From Ginglymostoma cirratum (taxonomy: Eukaryota): DNA of 64,000 nucleotides. The notes below the pieces were generated by a model, which made no database searches, was not told the DNA's origin, and saw nothing but the letters and a program-made list of their open reading frames with translations. Below are positions 1 to 11,904 of the stretch, one piece after another (within the stretch, counting starts at the first letter, position 1; every line of letters starts with the position of its first letter). The DNA lies in the NCBI GenBank assembly GCA_024137785.1, contig JAHRHZ010000013.1, positions 58,418,051 through 58,482,050 on the forward strand, read 5' to 3'. A program made the translations under genes and the position numbers.

Positions 1-317
1 TGAGAGTGATAAACAGTTAGTTGCCAGTTAGTTTGTTTTAATTTTAAATCAGGTAGGTAAACTTTGACTCATTAAGGAATTGCCCTGGAAAATGATGCAG
101 CAAATAGTTTCTATTTTGTTGACTTAAAACAGGTGCATTGTGTATACATGTTCACAGGGCCCTATGTCTTAATATATGTAGCTCCCAGTCCAAGTAAGTA
201 CACTACACTGTGACTCCAACTGACAATCATAAAATAGTCATCGTAATGCTTCACACACTGAGGAATATCCAGAAAATGCTGTCCAATTACACAATCATAT
301 ACAATATTGGTCACTGT

Positions 318-1990
318 GGGCAGAATCTTGTGCTTTATTGGCTAAGGATCAGTTTTGTTGTGTTTCATGGAGGGTTTCTCTTTGTAAATGCTAATTTTTT
401 TTCTCACCACATCTTACCAAACCCATCCCATTAGCTACTACCCCTGCCCCTCTGGTGGCCTTCTTGTCTGATTCTAACGCTATTTAAACATTTGCCATCC
501 CCAGAACTGACCACCACTTCCAAGATATCTGTAATGGACTGGAATTCTTGGTCTTTAAAAGGCCATTGTGCACCTGGACAAACACTATTAGTCTGGAGCT
601 ACCCTGCAGAATTCCTGATATTTGTCCCAGACATGGTAAACAAGGGAAATTTAGCACCTCACTGTATTTGCAGGGTCCCAGAGGTCCTGGTAGATGGGGC
701 AGAGCAGAAACTGGAAGTAATCTTCCATCAGGCAGTGAAGGCCACTACACAAGACCATACCAGCCTGGTTCAGGATTACCACCTGAGTCAACGCAATCTC
801 AGCTGTCTGGAAGAATGGTCAGCACAGTAGGAAGAAGGTCAATGACCTTCTCCACCCCACCGGCATAAGTGCCACCATCTTCTTCTCTTCAATACCTCAC
901 ACTCACTCTACCTCTGCTACGGCATTTATCTCCCACTAAAGCACATGGTCTACTACTCTCACTATTGTGTGCAACATTTTCCCTCTATCACCGTCAGCCA
1001 GCCCAGTCCCCAAAAGCACTAACCCTATATTTGTTTCTGCTCTGCCTACTCACTCAGACATCACCCCTCCTGCACCAAAAGTGTGCCACTGTCTTCTCCC
1101 AAAATACCTGCCTCAGTCTTGTTCCTGGAAGAAATCAGCCCACATAGGCCAACAATAGTCCAGACAGGTGGTGTGCTGCCCAACATTTGGCTTGTCTCAC
1201 CTTATGAGAACGGCATTCTGACTCTGATCACTGCAAGTTGCTGACTGACTGTGTCAAACCCCTGGGCTGGTATTGGAGTCTGATCTTGACTTACTGCGCC
1301 CTGTCTGAAGGCTAACTCCCTTGACTTGAATGAAGACTGTGGACAAATGTGACAAGTTTTCTGGCTTTGTATCTACGCTGAATGGGAAAGTAATACAATA
1401 TTAATGTGAGTCTGATATCTCTGATTGAGGAGCAAAGTACAAGAAAGTGAGGCAGTGATGCTGTCAGCATTCAGTAAGGTCACAGTAAGTGGGAGGAAGT
1501 GGCTAAACATGCAGCCTGGTCCAGTCCATGAACTGGGTGTTTGTTCCTGAGCTCAATATGTCCTTGGTGCAACATTATAATGATAATTGTCATTGCGACT
1601 CGAGCTGCAACATTGAAGTGCAGAAGCAGAAGCATAATGTAAGTGGATCAGAGATATGCCACGAGGGTTCTTAGAAGCTACTGCGTGTTGAATACCGTAG
1701 AGGCAGGGTGTATATGGCTGGTGCCCATGGAGTGTACCCTGAGATGATGTTGCCCGGTGTCCAACACGGAAGTCATTTGGAAGTAGTAAATTGAAGTCAC
1801 CAGGTACCCACTCCAACTTCTATTTTAAACATTCTACGTTTCCAGTTTGCTAGCAGTGGGGGTTACAATAAAAAGCTGCATATTAATGTGGCAAGATGTG
1901 CGGTTGATAAGCTCATTAACAAAAGATGGTCCACCATAATAGGCAACTGGCCAGTGGCGTAGTACAAATAGCTGGCTTCATCTATTGCTC
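318..1990 (+). mobile_element. Decayed PIF/Harbinger-type DNA transposon derivative with Myb/SANT-like remnant
   Basis: 650-860 reads, across frameshifts, AP...EVLVDGAEQKLEVIF...AWFRITT*VNAISAVWKNGQHSRKKVNDLL, resembling the Myb/SANT-like ORF of Harbingers. Homologous in reverse orientation to 62480-63790. Boundaries approximate. Confidence 0.55.
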
Positions 1991-2059
1991 AAATCTTTGA
2001 GATCTCCTTTGAAAATGTAATAGTTTCGGTGCCACTGTGATGCCGAGTATATAAACTGC

Positions 2060-3790
2060 TGGATCATTATCCCTAAAGAATTGAGAAGAGAGATGCAAAA
2101 GCATGTTCACAAAAGCTAGCAGGGAATTGAGTCAAGTTTAAGGAAAGCAAGCAACGTCCTCCATGAGCCAAACATGCAGGTGATGAAATCAAGGGCCACA
2201 TCAGCTCGTAGAGAGCTTGTAATGTGGACCAGGCCAAGCAAAGTAAAGAGTTGCTGAAGACATTTGACATTCCAGCCTGACCCTGGAGGCAGATGGCAAT
2301 AGACTTTGCACTCTCACTGGATCCGATTATCTGGTCACCGGAAATTGCTATTCTGAAGACTGGAAGCTGGGTGGACCAGCTGACATCATGGACTAACACT
2401 GAGATTGCTGAATGCCTAAAAGGACATCCACAGCATTCCCACCATTGTCATGAGTTACAATAGTCCTCTGTTCACGAACGAGGAATTCAGCCGCTTCCGA
2501 TTGGATGGTGAAATTCAACAACGCGCATTATCTCCACGCAATTCCAAGTTAAATGGAAAGGCTGAGGCGGCAGTGGAAATCAATGAAAGAATCTTAATGA
2601 AGTCAAGGAAATCCAGCACGGAGATATTCAAGACAATTCCTGGTCGAGAAACACGCCTACTCTCGCATAGAGAGTTGTCCTGTACAAAGACTAATGTCAC
2701 ACTGCATCAGAGCTGTTTTTTCTGATAGCAAAGAAGCTGGTGAAACCAGATGTAGTAACAGATGTAAGTGATAAAATTAAGGTGAAATGACAGCAAGCTG
2801 AATTTCATTTTGACAAGACTGCCAAACTATTGCAAGAGTTGAATACAGCAAACTTTTGTTTTCACTGATACCTTATGAACCAGCATTTTTGACAAACTGG
2901 CAAAAAATTAAAATACCTCCAATACCATGAAGTTTACTGTATTATTCTGTCCATTTGTTCTAGTTTTTTAATTTATTTACTTCATTGTAAATATATTTGT
3001 TGTTCAACCAGATGGCCATATGAAATATCAACAGTTGATTCAATTTCAAGTCAATTTCACCTCAAATTCAAAGATCTCTACAATGTCCAAATAGCCAGTT
3101 GATGGTACCTGTCAGAAGGCTCTATGCTGGTAAGTTTAATATAAGGCAAAGCTTGTATTATAATTTAAATTATTAGTGCTGTAAATATAACAGTAATGTA
3201 TACACCCTCTGTGTTATGTTTCTCTTACTTAGTGTGTGTTTTTACTTTGTTTATGAAGACCTGTTGATTGTTCAGAGTATTTGATCAATCAGCACATTCC
3301 TGGTTCCATAGGTGCTGGATAATAAAAAGTTTGCTCTTTTAAAAATCCAGTCAAGGTACAATCCTTCAACGCTTATAACAAAAGTCAGCCAGGAGGCAAC
3401 TTGGACCTCTGAAGTTGTCAACTTGATTGCATGCATGGTGGTGAAGGACCAGATATATCACTGCGACTACAGACACATACCTACAACTGGAGAAGTTGCT
3501 GCTCAACAACAAGTAGCTGATCAGGAAGATATAAACTCACCACCTGCACAGAACGCAAATCAATGGCAGGCCAAAATATCCATAGCATGCCAGCAACATA
3601 AATAGAAAAATAACAGGTACCAGAACCACAGCAAATGACACAGGAACAACACTCCCTGGGGAAGGATTATCAGCCAAATAAACAGTCAACAAAAACATGC
3701 TTTTAAGAGACCAGCATGACTTAAAGACTGTGTGCATATGGAGGGACTGACAAAACTAATATGCGCATATTTGATAACATGGGCAACTCA
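2060..3790 (+). mobile_element. Decayed Gypsy-type integrase/3' end fragment, interrupted at about 2855-3380
   Basis: ORF 2450-2725 contains NSPLFTNEEF...SPRNSKLNGKAEAAVEI (integrase DNGPQF/SNG.AE motifs). A P..LKD.V-like C-terminal remnant lies near 3712-3735. Confidence 0.65.
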
Positions 3791-4049
3791 AAATGTACAA
3801 AGTGGTGTATGCAAATTATTTTTGTTCATTTTGTGCAAAAAGATGTATGTTCAGCTTGAAATGGAAGCATATCCAAATGTCTTTTGTGATTTGCTGTAGT
3901 CACATGTCGCTTTATGCAATAGATATGTTGTATATTGGAGGCACTTTACAAACTCTATTTTTAATCAGACTGTTGCTTTGTGAACAGTGAACATTTCTGC
4001 TGTGTGGTCATGAAGCTATTGACTGCTTAACTTCCCTTCCTGAATCCCA

Positions 4050-5010
4050 TATTTAACATTGTAAATAATTCACTCTTCTTGTGCTTTGTCCTTCTCAATG
4101 AAATCCACAATCATTACTCTCAGCTCAAGGAAATAGCCTCGGTCTCTGCAAACGACAGCCCTATCTCTAACTTTCCTTTCAAAATCTTGAGTGTACTGAA
4201 TGATAGAAATCTCTTTGAATTAAATATCATGAGGATTGAAATCATTAACTTCAGTCCCTGCCACACATTCCACTCTCTTGTTTTGGACTCCATCTCTCTC
4301 CCTGGTAACTGGCTGAGACCAAAGTAGACTGCTTGTAACCTCAGTGTCCCGTCTGACCCCAAGATGACCTTCCAACCATAAATCCACACAATCACTATTT
4401 CCAGCTCCATGACATTGCCCGTCTCCACCCAATCTCAGATCATCTGCTGCTAAAACCTAATTTCTGCATTTATTATCTGTAGATTTAACATTTCTAATGC
4501 ACATCTAGCCAGCCTCCAACATTCTTCTCTTATAACCTTAATGTTAGCCAAAGTAGTACTGTTTATTCCCTAACACCAAATCCTGTTCACTCATCATCAC
4601 TTTGTTCACTGACCTATATTTGTCCCCAGTTGAAAAATACTACAGTTTAAAAACCTCTCATCCTTGTTATCAAATCCATCCATAGCCTATCATTTTCGTG
4701 GACTCTAATTCCTCACAGTGCTACAAACCTCTGACATATCTGTTCTCCTCTGTTTTGACTTTGAGATCTCGAATTTTAATTGTTCCATCATTGGTGACAT
4801 CTATCAGTTTCCTATGAGTAAAGCACTGGAGTTCCTTCTCTACACCTCTCTGACTCTCTATCTCATTTACCTCCTTAAAACACACCTCCTTTAAGAAGCC
4901 TAATGTTACCTGTCCTTACATCTCCTTACATTTCCAACCATCATATTCTATTTCATCATACCGTTGTGACATGCCTTGAATTTTAAAAATGTAAATTAAA
5001 TTCAAGCTGT
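4050..5010 (+). mobile_element. L2-type LINE 3' fragment
   Basis: C/T-rich sequence with remnants resembling L2 ORF2 C-terminal motifs (NL.V..DP.MTF...I; LI.AFI..R....NA.LA.L) and an L2-like 3'UTR. Confidence 0.65.
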
Positions 5011-6059
5011 TCAAACAGTTTTTGTGTCAATTGACTGAATCATCCAGACTTTGATCATTTTCAGTCATCAGGACTATTTTCAGGTCTTGACCCAAAGCAA
5101 CAGCTTACATCCAGGATCACAGGCAAATTAGGGATGGTGAACGGGTTGTGAAGTTGGGAAGGGGAGCCAATGCATGACGCTGCAATGTTGGTTGTGTATG
5201 TGATGAGAGTTCTGCTGGTGTACATAATACATGAGAGGGCTGGAAAACACAGAGGAATTAAATAATAGAAGTTAATTGCTGCCATATCCTCACTACTTGC
5301 ACTAGTTTTTAGTGTAGTCTGCAGGAGATTGGAAGGAAATCGCATGCCATTCTGTTTATATGGTTCCCAGATGGCTCAATTATGAATGCTTGGCTGAGCA
5401 TCAATCCTTATTTATGAGTTTGCTCAGCAAGGGCTCTGTTTACACAATCTAAAGTGGAATCTTAGCCTTGATTGACATTTTTTTGGACTTACAGGGAGCC
5501 ATTTTTCTTTGCTCTGCTATTTTCAAAGTTAACATCTTTACTTGAAGAAGAGTAAGAGCTGTGAGTGAGGTAAAGCTTTTGAGATTGAAATTGTGAATGG
5601 TTCTGTCTGATTCTCACTTTTATGACATTGGATAAGCAGCAGGCTTTTTTCCAACATTTTTGAATATGTGTTTTTAAGTCAATTTCAAGACTTGCCATTA
5701 TATGGTACAATACGTCTTTAATCATACTGGATGTTTAGGTATGGAACAGGCCTGGGGCATGTAGAGCTGACATAGGAAGTGGTTAAGTGTGAGAAAAAAG
5801 CTAGATGGGCGAAGAAAAGAAGACTTGAAAGAGACAAAGTCCCAAAGAACCAAGGTAGGCTTTCTAACCAGTCTTCAGTGGCACTCATTCCCTTCCAAGC
5901 TATATCTGAACTGCCCCTGGGATCAGTTGGCACACCTCCTGCAACCCTGAATGATAAGTAATGATGCAGAACTCAGTTATGTAAGACTAGTCTGCTGAGT
6001 CAGGATTTTTCTTAAATCAAGCTTCTTACCTCAGCGGTGAAAACGTACTCTGTCGTACC

Positions 6060-6149
6060 TGATGAAGGGTTTAGGCCGGAAACGTCAAGTTTTCCTGCTC
6101 CTATGATGCTGCTTGACCTGCTGTGTTCATCCAGCCCCATGCTTGTTAT
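6060..6149 (+). mobile_element. Short Penelope-like (family A) insertion starting at a hammerhead core
   Basis: Perfect 12-bp TSD ctctgtcgtacc (6048-6059, 6150-6161). Core CTGATGA-A-GGGTTTAGGCCG-GAAA-CG-TC at 6059-6086. Confidence 0.8.
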
Positions 6150-8152
6150 CTCTGTCGTACCCTCTTCTTTTCCAAGCATCTTATATCTATGCTATCCTGC
6201 TGTTGATTCTTCAGCCATTGGAAACCATTTTCTTTATTTAATCTGTCTGAACTGTTCAACATTTTACACTTTTCTATCAAATCTCCTCTTAATCTTATCC
6301 CCTCTAAAGAAAACAATCCAGACTATTCAACTATTTAATAACTGGGGTTCTGAAGAAGTCATAAACAGATTCAAATCATTAAAGCTCTCCACGGATGCTG
6401 CCAAACTTGCTGAGTTTCTCCAGCACCTGCTCTGTTATCTGCATAAATACATGCCTATTCCTGGAATTATTCCAGGACGATACCCTTCTGTACACTGTCC
6501 AAAACCTTCATGCCTTCCTAATGCATGTTGCAGAGAATTGGGTGCAGCACTCCAGATGGAGTCAGTCTAGTGTTTTATGGATGTTTGGCTTTTCCTGGCT
6601 TTTAAACTTTGTGTTTATATTCATCAACACCAGGATCCCTGATGCTTTGTTAACTAGTCGGACTTTCTTCAAAGGTTTGTGCACAAATACCTCAGATATC
6701 TTTGTTCTTCTATCCCCTTTAAAATTACACCATTTAGCATATATTCTCTTTCCCTTTTCATCCTCTCACAATATGTCACCTCCTACTTCTACATAAATTT
6801 ATTCTTCATATTTTTCACTCATTCCAAAAGCCTATTTAGGTCTGCTTGAAGCCTATTAGCATCTTCCTCACTGTTCTTCACTGTTTTTTTCAGTTCCTGA
6901 CACTTCAGCTTACTTCTAGCTTCTTTTGGCACTTGATGTACAGTCCATAACAAGGTTATCACCCTGATGATGTCTCTGATCCAACCACTTGCCTAACTGC
7001 TTCTGGAGGTCTGTTCAGTTAGGGATACTAGTCAGGCAGGAGGACCAATTAAAGAAGCTGAGGCAGTGGGCAGCCAGCAACCCCACTAGGAGAGGTTAAA
7101 GCTGTCAATGTAGATGTGGTCTGTAAGGACATTTCAAGATGAAGGTACCCTCTGAAGAGTTCTTGAATTACTAAAAGCGTACCCACAACTGCCAGGCCAT
7201 CAATGTAGACCAAGAAATCTTTAGGTCACAGTTGTGGCCACTAGTCACCAAGCTTGTGGGTTTGGGAGGCTGGAATTAAAGGAACTGTCAATGGTCCCTT
7301 GATGTGACATTGGGAGGCCATCACTAGAAAGCTGGTGAGTGCCACACAATACAAGGGTGGGGGGGCACCACTTGATGTCAGGACAATCTTATGTCCATCA
7401 AAAATGAACATAAATTGAAGACTTAAAGTGCATAATTGGTTGCTTGCCTCATTGAGGAGCCTGACAAAATCCTTTCCCTCCCACTACTGGAAAATTCTTC
7501 CAAAGGTCAGAATGAATGTGGGAGCTATCCAGACCTATTTTCCCAGACCCCTTTCAGCCTCCAACCCTGTCTCCATTGGGCAGGGAAAGTCCAGTCCTTT
7601 GTGTCATCTGCAAGTTTTAAAATTATGCCTGTACTTTCAAGGCCAAGCCATTAATGAATATCACAAAGCTCTGGTTCTAAGGCTGAACCATTGGCAACTG
7701 TGTATCTTTCAGTGGTTTGAAAAATAGTCATCATTAAAACCCTATTTTCTATGCCTTAGCTAATTTTCTACACATGCTGCTACTGTCCTTTTAATCCTAT
7801 GCCTTTCAATTTTGCGAGTAAGACAGATGTATGCGCTTTGTCAATTACATTTTGAAAGTCCATGTTCATAATGACTGCATTGTTCACATTTACCCTGGCT
7901 GTTCCCTTATCAAAAAACTTAATCATGTTAATCAAACACAATCTGCCCTTAATAAATCCGTGCTCACATTTTATTAATCCATGCTTGTCCAAGTGGCTTT
8001 TGATTTTCTTCTCGATCACAACGTCTGAAGTTTCCCATTACTGATTTTAATCTGTCTGGCCAGTAATTACAAGGTTTATCCTTCTGTCCTTTTTTGTACA
8101 AGGGAGTAAGTTATAAAACTCGCCAGTCCTTTGGCACAGCCTCTGTATCTAA

Positions 8153-9466
8153 TGTTGCGACCAGACCCTGGGTGAGGTTTCCCAATCCATTACCATACCA
8201 GAAAGCATAAACCAAACTGTAAATCTACTGGATAGGGGGAGATAAACTGGCTCCCCTTCTTTATTCACCAACACTTTGATTGATTGCAACTAGATTAATG
8301 TAGAAAATGATCATTTTCCCTTATCTCTCTCCCAGAGACAATGAGATTATATTTTAAGAGGAACCAATTTAACCAGGTTTCGTGAATCAAAAAAAGTTTA
8401 TTAGTTACTACATGTGAGAAGAAATACTACAGCAACACATATGCACAAGGATTACAAATAAAGGATGAGTTGAAAATGACAGAAGTAAGAGAAAAGGATC
8501 AGTTTGAATTGTTTGTGAAGAATGGATAGTTGAATGTTGTAGCTATTGCAGTGGAGGTTACAAATAGCATTGACATTGGCACTAGTCAGACCACAACTGG
8601 AATACTTAAACAATTTTGGGTCCCTTACCTAAGGAAAGATATACCAACATTGGAGGCCGTCCAGGAGAAGGTTCACTATGCTAATTCCTGGTATAGAAGG
8701 TCTGTCTTAGGACAGACTGTCCTACTGCCTAAGTAGGTTGGGTCTGTATTCTTTGGAGTTTGAAAGAATGAGGGCCGGCATTATTGAAATATATAAGATT
8801 TGTATAAGATATATATATATAAGATATATATATAAGATGCAGAGAGGTCAGTGCCCCTAGTGGGAGAGTCTAGGATGAGGTCACATAACCACAGAATAAG
8901 CAAGTTGCCTATTTAGGACATTTAGAGATGAGGCGGAATTTCTTCTCTTAGTGGGTAGTGAGTTATTTACCACAAAGAGCTGTAGAGACTGGATCGTTAA
9001 GTATATCCGAGGCTGAGATGGACAGATTTTTAATCAGTAAGACAATCAAGGGTTAAGGCGAAAAGTGGAGTCGAGGATTATCAGATCAGCCATGATCTCA
9101 TTGAATGGTGGAACTAATTCAATGGGCTGAATGGCCTGCTTCTGCTCCTACATCTTATGATCTTATGGGAAAATCACAAAGTGTGTTTGTAGTTTGGGAC
9201 ATAAACTACAGAGGGTGCCATGCTATTTGTTATCTTTCAATTTTTATTTGCTCTGCCCCCACCACCGTTTGAAGAGCTGTTGATTGAAGTTCTCTTCACA
9301 TCCTAGGTGTGAAATTCTGTTGGCCTCACTCTCCGGATAGTCACTTAACTTACATCTGCAGCCATTTCTGATTGTGCAGCCCTCATTTTAAAAAAAAAAT
9401 CACATTTTGGAATTACAAGTTTAAAATGTCGACAGTACTTTGGGATAGTGACCTGTGACCATGACA
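8153..9466 (-). mobile_element. Solo LTR, itself interrupted by a CR1 3' end
   Basis: TGTTGCGA...CATGACA termini, 4-bp flanks ctaa/caaa (1 mismatch), minus-strand AATAAA near 8397-8402, and it splits a collinear CR1. Confidence 0.6.
8570..9166 (+). mobile_element. CR1 LINE 3' end
   Basis: QFWVPYLRKDIPTLEAVQ motif and 3' tail gaatggcctgcttctgctcctacatcttatgatcttatg. Confidence 0.85.
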
Positions 9467-9699
9467 CAAAGGAGGACTGTTAGCTTCTGACCAGCACCTC
9501 CATTACTTCTACCTTTACTTCCCTCAGCAACTGAGGATGCATCCCTTCTGGATAGAATCCACTTTGAATGCCAGCATTTTTAATGCCTAACTGCGTTTGC
9601 TATCTTAGCATTTTTTTTTTGTTTACCATAGATTTGCCAAAGTCATCTTTGCTCTTTTACTTGTTTGTCCTTCAAGCTGAATATTACCATATTCATCTG

Positions 9700-10930
9700 C
9701 TATTTTTGGCTGGCAGATCTGCACCCAGAATGTTCTGCTGCAAAGAAGAGATTCTGCAGATGATTGAGTTTTGAACAATTTACTAGCTTAGGAATTCTTC
9801 TGCTTCCATCTTCTCTATGTTTCTGACATGTACTTGCTTTCAAAAGTAGTCTGCACTGTTTTTGTTGTTTGGTTCACCAGGCAGAATGATCATAGACATC
9901 TTTCCTGCGGGAGTCAAATCAATGTCAAACTCGTGTGTGAAGCCTTCCAAATGTCTTTGTGGTGCTTCCCTTAACCTTCACTAGAGCTCACTCAGACTTA
10001 AGCTGTCCATAGAAGATCCACTTTAGGAAGCAAATGTCAAGCATTTTGGCTATATGGCCAGCCCAGCTGAGTTGTCACTGTCTCAGAACCGTATGGCATG
10101 TCATCTGAGGTGAATACCTCAGTGTCTGGCATTTTATACTGTAATCTGAGCTTCAAAAGTTTTCAAAGGCAGCTTTAGTGAAATGGTGAAGACTATGCTG
10201 GTACCCAGTGCAAGTTTGGTGTGTAGATCAGAGTGGCTATTGTGTTATAGATTCTCAGTCTGGTGGGCAGACTGAGTCGTCTTCATTCTCACAGTAATAG
10301 CAATGGCAAAGGCTAAACTGCTTTTGCAATTCCTACAGATGTCTTGTCAGTATCGAGAGTTAGACAGAGTGTGCTGCAAGAGCTGACAGGTTGTGGTCAT
10401 GTACTGAAACGTTGGCTCAAGATCGAGCTTTCCACCAGTAGCGCGGTACATTACTTCCGTTTTGTTTCATGCAGATGGAAAGGCCAAAGTTGCCACGTGC
10501 ATTAGAGGGGAGGTGCATGCTATATTGTTCACCCAACTGTACACCATCAGCTATAGCACAGTCACTGCCGAATAGGTAACTATGAAGTATCTCTTCCAAG
10601 ATCTTATCTTTGCCTGCAGCTATCTCAGCTTCAGCAGCTTTCTGTCCATGTGATAGCTTATTTTGATGTTGGGATCGTCAACATATAAAGCATCCGACAA
10701 CATTGCCACAGAAGTACCTGAAGAGGTGTGGCACTAGCACACAGTCTTTCTCAACTGCCGGAAACGAGATTCCCCCGCCTTGTCAGACTTATTTTTGTTG
10801 AGTCTTTTTAAATTCATCAGAATACCTGAGAAGGTCAACAGCTTTGAATATTGTGTTCTCCATTCCCAAAGGGATTGATCTTTTAACAATAGTGTGGCAA
10901 CCCTTCTGCGCATCGTTCGAGTGGTTAGCC
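9700..10930 (-). mobile_element. RTE-clade LINE fragment (decayed)
   Basis: Minus strand around 10000-10085 reads RQLSWAGHIAKMLD...KWIFYGQL, resembling the RTE C-terminal LRWAGHV.RM.D...K..YGEL motif. Boundaries approximate. Confidence 0.65.
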
Positions 10931-11614
10931 AATCTTAAAGCATTTCTCTTTCATCCCGCCGATCATCCGTCTGAAACGATTGACTGTATGGCATGAAGTG
11001 ACAATTTTAATACTTTCCATTAATAGCTTTAGATATTCGTTATTCAACATGCGGCCACGATTTACGATCTATAGAATAAACGCTACAGCTGGTGATCACA
11101 GTTGTCCCTGCTCCCCATTTGGTAAAATGTACAAATCTTCATGATTTATAGAGCAGTGTGCACTTTTTTTTATCAAGGTGAATGACTGAGAGTCATCTCC
11201 AGCACTGTAACAACTTTGCCTTCCACACTTGCTAAATTAGGTGTCAGTAATTCGTCAGGCTGCATGCGTTAGGCTTTCTCACTGACAGGAAATCCCAGGG
11301 GACTGCTACATACACTTTCCAGTCAGCACAGCCAACTGCAAGTTGAGATAATGGCGATGAGTGTCAATGTTAATAGGGCCATCTCCTGAGAAAGGACTAC
11401 ACCAAACATAACTGGATACATTCCTGGTCTGGTCAAATCCTAGTGGTGCCGGATCTGTGCTGGACACTCATATTTCCACTCCTCTGGCTCAGCTTTGTGT
11501 GACATTCCCTCCCCTTTTCGCTCCTGCTCCCTGGTTCTCTCTGATTAGTGGTGATCTCTCTCCGCTGTTCCTCGTCGTGACTGGCGTGTTCTCTCCCCAG
11601 CCTGGTTGCGCTTG

Positions 11615-11705
11615 TTTGTGTGTGTGTGTGAGTGAGAGAGAGGCGCTGCTCTTTCTCTCTGTCTGTCTCTCTCCTCCTCCTCCTCCTCCAGCCCCGGCTC
11701 TCTCG
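11615..11705. repeat. Compound microsatellite (TG)n-(AG)n-(CT)n-(CCT)n
   Basis: tgtgtgtgtgtgtgagtgagagagagg ... ctctctctgtctgtctctctcctcctcctcctcctcc read directly. Confidence 0.9.
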
Positions 11706-11828
11706 CTGTGACTGGAAGGTGCATTCATTGAGCAGGAGCTTCTTTCTGACCCCTCTGATCTCTCCCTCGCTCAGTGCTCTAACACAGCCGCGCAAGTTTG
11801 ATGGGGAATTTCACACCGCTCCGGAAAA

Positions 11829-11904
11829 ATGCCTGTTATGAAAGGATTATTAGCGCCACAAAACACTTTCTTGGATACCATAGCAACGCGCTTTGATGGG
11901 ACAC
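11829..11904 (+). CDS. KCNH8: Coding exon 1 of an Elk-subfamily (Kv12) voltage-gated K+ channel, N-terminal PAS-cap
   Basis: aaaATG at 11829 translates to [25 protein letters not shown]+C (76 nt, phase 1), followed by a perfect GTAAGT donor at 11905. This matches the known Elk N-terminus shared by KCNH8 and KCNH4. KCNH8 is preferred because no exon 2 is seen in the next 52 kb. Family call is near-certain; paralog call about 0.75. Confidence 0.93.

Larger units (their letters stand above)
7780..9560 (-). mobile_element. CR1 LINE RT fragment (7780-8152 and 9471-9560) split by a solo LTR
   Basis: ORF 7780-8019 HGFIKGRLCLINMIKFF...MDFQNVIDK is CR1 RT-like. The sequence resumes collinearly (tatctaa|ggaggac) after the LTR. 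Confidence 0.8.

Noticed and set aside
3180-3380. Solo LTR (TG...CA with AATAAA)
   Set aside because: No matching TSD found and left boundary uncertain; left as an unassigned interruption of the Gypsy fragment.
8795-8838. ataagat(at)n repeats
   Set aside because: Local slippage within a CR1 fragment.
11803-11812. NF-kB-like site GGGAATTTCA in the 5'UTR
   Set aside because: Single imperfect 10-mer; expected by chance.
11433-11841. Low-complexity ORFs over the promoter (poly-R, -P, -G, -L)
   Set aside because: Translations of microsatellites in the 5' region; the real CDS starts at 11829.
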